Source of the DNA: an uncultured Candidatus Saccharibacteria bacterium | Lineage (GTDB): Bacteria; Patescibacteriota; Saccharimonadia; Saccharimonadales; JALRHH01 | DNA: 64,000 nt | Assembly (NCBI GenBank): GCA_964559915.1 | Contig: CAZLJP010000001.1 | Location: 129,510 to 193,509 of the forward strand | Reading direction: 5' to 3' | Part shown: piece by piece, positions 62,715 through 64,000 of the stretch | How the letters are laid out: the number at the start of each line of letters is the position of its first letter | Position numbering within the stretch: the stretch's first letter is position 1 | Notes under the pieces: model-generated | What the model was told of the DNA's origin: nothing | What the model saw: only the letters and a program-made list of their open reading frames with translations | The model's database searches: none | Translations under genes and position numbers: made by a program

Positions 62715-63344
62715 ATGCTTGACCCCGATACAATCATTGCAACTGGCGGTTTGTTACTTATCAGCATTATTATTTTTAGTGAGTCTGGGTTGCTTTTAGG
62801 CTTTTTCCTGCCGGGCGACACATTGCTATTCGCGGCTGGTTTTTTTGCATCACAAGGCAAACTGTCACTTCCTATATTACTGACGGCGCTGACTGTGGCC
62901 GCTATTCTTGGGTATTGGCTCGGATATCATCTTGGGCGCAGATTTGGGCCCCGTCTCTTTACCAAACAAGCGGCGTTTCTGAAACACGAATATGTCGAAA
63001 GAGCCGAGAAATTCTATGCTAAACATGGTGGCAAAGCCACGCTCATTGCGCGCTTTGTACCGATAGTGCGCACCATTGCGCCCGTGTTAGCCGGTGTTGC
63101 CAAGATGAATATGCGTACTTTCTGGATTTACAACATCCTTGGTGCGATTACGTGGGTCATCAGTACGACACTGCTTGGCTATTGGCTTGGTGCACGCATA
63201 CCAAATATTGACCATTACCTGCTACCAATCGTGTTATTTGCAACCGTAATTAGTTTTGCACCAACTATTATTCACATTAGTCGCGATAAAGCGGTACGTA
63301 AAGCAATCTGGGCAAAACTAACCAAGTCACTTAAGAAGCGCTAG
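62715..63344 (+). CDS. DedA/VTT family membrane protein
   Basis: F.ESGLL.GFFLPGD.LLF, ARFVP.VRT. Confidence 0.92.
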   Translation: MLDPDTIIATGGLLLISIIIFSESGLLLGFFLPGDTLLFAAGFFASQGKLSLPILLTALTVAAILGYWLGYHLGRRFGPRLFTKQAAFLKHEYVERAEKFYAKHGGKATLIARFVPIVRTIAPVLAGVAKMNMRTFWIYNILGAITWVISTTLLGYWLGARIPNIDHYLLPIVLFATVISFAPTIIHISRDKAVRKAIWAKLTKSLKKR

Positions 63345-63669
63345 GATTCTCCACCAGGAGTTGTAGTGCTTCCTCTAGGCTATCTGCTTTTCTAGTAATC
63401 AAACCCGTATCGGCCAGTGCTCTGCGTGCAATAGTATTGCGAACTTTGACAGTCTGAATGGCCAGTTCTGAAGGGACGCCTCTTTTATGCATTTCTTCAT
63501 CAAATATAACTGCCCCCATGTTATCGCCACGATTCCAACCTAAAAAGGCAGCCGCAATGACTGCCCTGGATGTAATGGGCCGCGTTATGGTTTGCTCATT
63601 GTATGCCCCAGCATAGGCATCAAACAGCCGGCCCGCAAGTTGCTCTAGCTCCGTAGACCGCTCTGTCAT
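63331..63669 (-). CDS. Hypothetical protein
   Basis: 112-aa ORF directly after uvrA. Confidence 0.55.
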   Translation of the reverse strand: MTERSTELEQLAGRLFDAYAGAYNEQTITRPITSRAVIAAAFLGWNRGDNMGAVIFDEEMHKRGVPSELAIQTVKVRNTIARRALADTGLITRKADSLEEALQLLVENPSAS

Positions 63670-63672
63670 GTA

Positions 63673-64000
63673 TTACAATACCTTTTTAAGAAATTGACCG
63701 GTGTAGGAATCTTTGACCTTGGCAACCTGCTCTGGAGTACCCTCCGCCATCACGTTGCCACCACCTGCGCCACCTTCGGGGCCCATATCAATCAGCCAGT
63801 CTCCGTTTTTGATGACATCTAAGTTGTGTTCAATGATTACCATGCTGTTACCAGTATCGACCAGTGCGTGCAATACAGAAAGGAGTTTTTTGACGTCTTC
63901 CATGTGCAACCCGGTGGTTGGCTCATCAAGGATATACAGCGTGCGGCCGGTTGGACGGCGAGATAATTCAGTGGCCAGCTTGATGCGCTGTGCTTCACCG
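63673..64000 (-). CDS. uvrA: Excinuclease ABC subunit A, C-terminal part (truncated by window edge)
   Basis: [37 protein letters not shown]. Confidence 0.95.
   Translation of the reverse strand, partial: GEAQRIKLATELSRRPTGRTLYILDEPTTGLHMEDVKKLLSVLHALVDTGNSMVIIEHNLDVIKNGDWLIDMGPEGGAGGGNVMAEGTPEQVAKVKDSYTGQFLKKVL

Overview
64 kb of bacterial chromosome that is most likely from Saccharibacteria (TM7, Patescibacteria/CPR). This is inferred from gene content and order (rpmF-nusB-NUDIX-rnc-rpsP-KH-trmD without rimM, a cyo operon, many ORFans, little biosynthesis); no rRNA is present to confirm it. Housekeeping genes include typA, rarA, metK (under a SAM-I riboswitch), leuS, ligA, uvrC, partial uvrA, secG, pepP, rplY and trhO. 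There are 9 tRNAs, a minimal aerobic chain (cyoABCD+cyoE, NDH-2, two FAD-linked oxidoreductases) and accessory clusters beside tRNAs. I saw no CRISPR array, intact transposase/integrase or prophage. Main observations: (1) the bo3-type oxidase appears to have lost both K-channel residues (CyoB K362->L, CyoA E89->V) while keeping the D-channel and active site, and CyoD is fused to a cupredoxin-like domain; (2) palindromic elements built from each tRNA's own T-arm/3' end lie downstream of five tRNAs, and one pair brackets a GH25-like gene; (3) two stand-alone sRNA candidates share an A/C-rich core, and a separate GNRA-rich pseudoknotted RNA candidate lies in a tRNA-Leu islet; (4) tandem CRP boxes precede two small ORFs; (5) Cys metal-binding motifs are repeatedly lost; (6) many genes have a leaderless-type promoter. 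All alignments and folds were done by eye, with reference motifs from memory.
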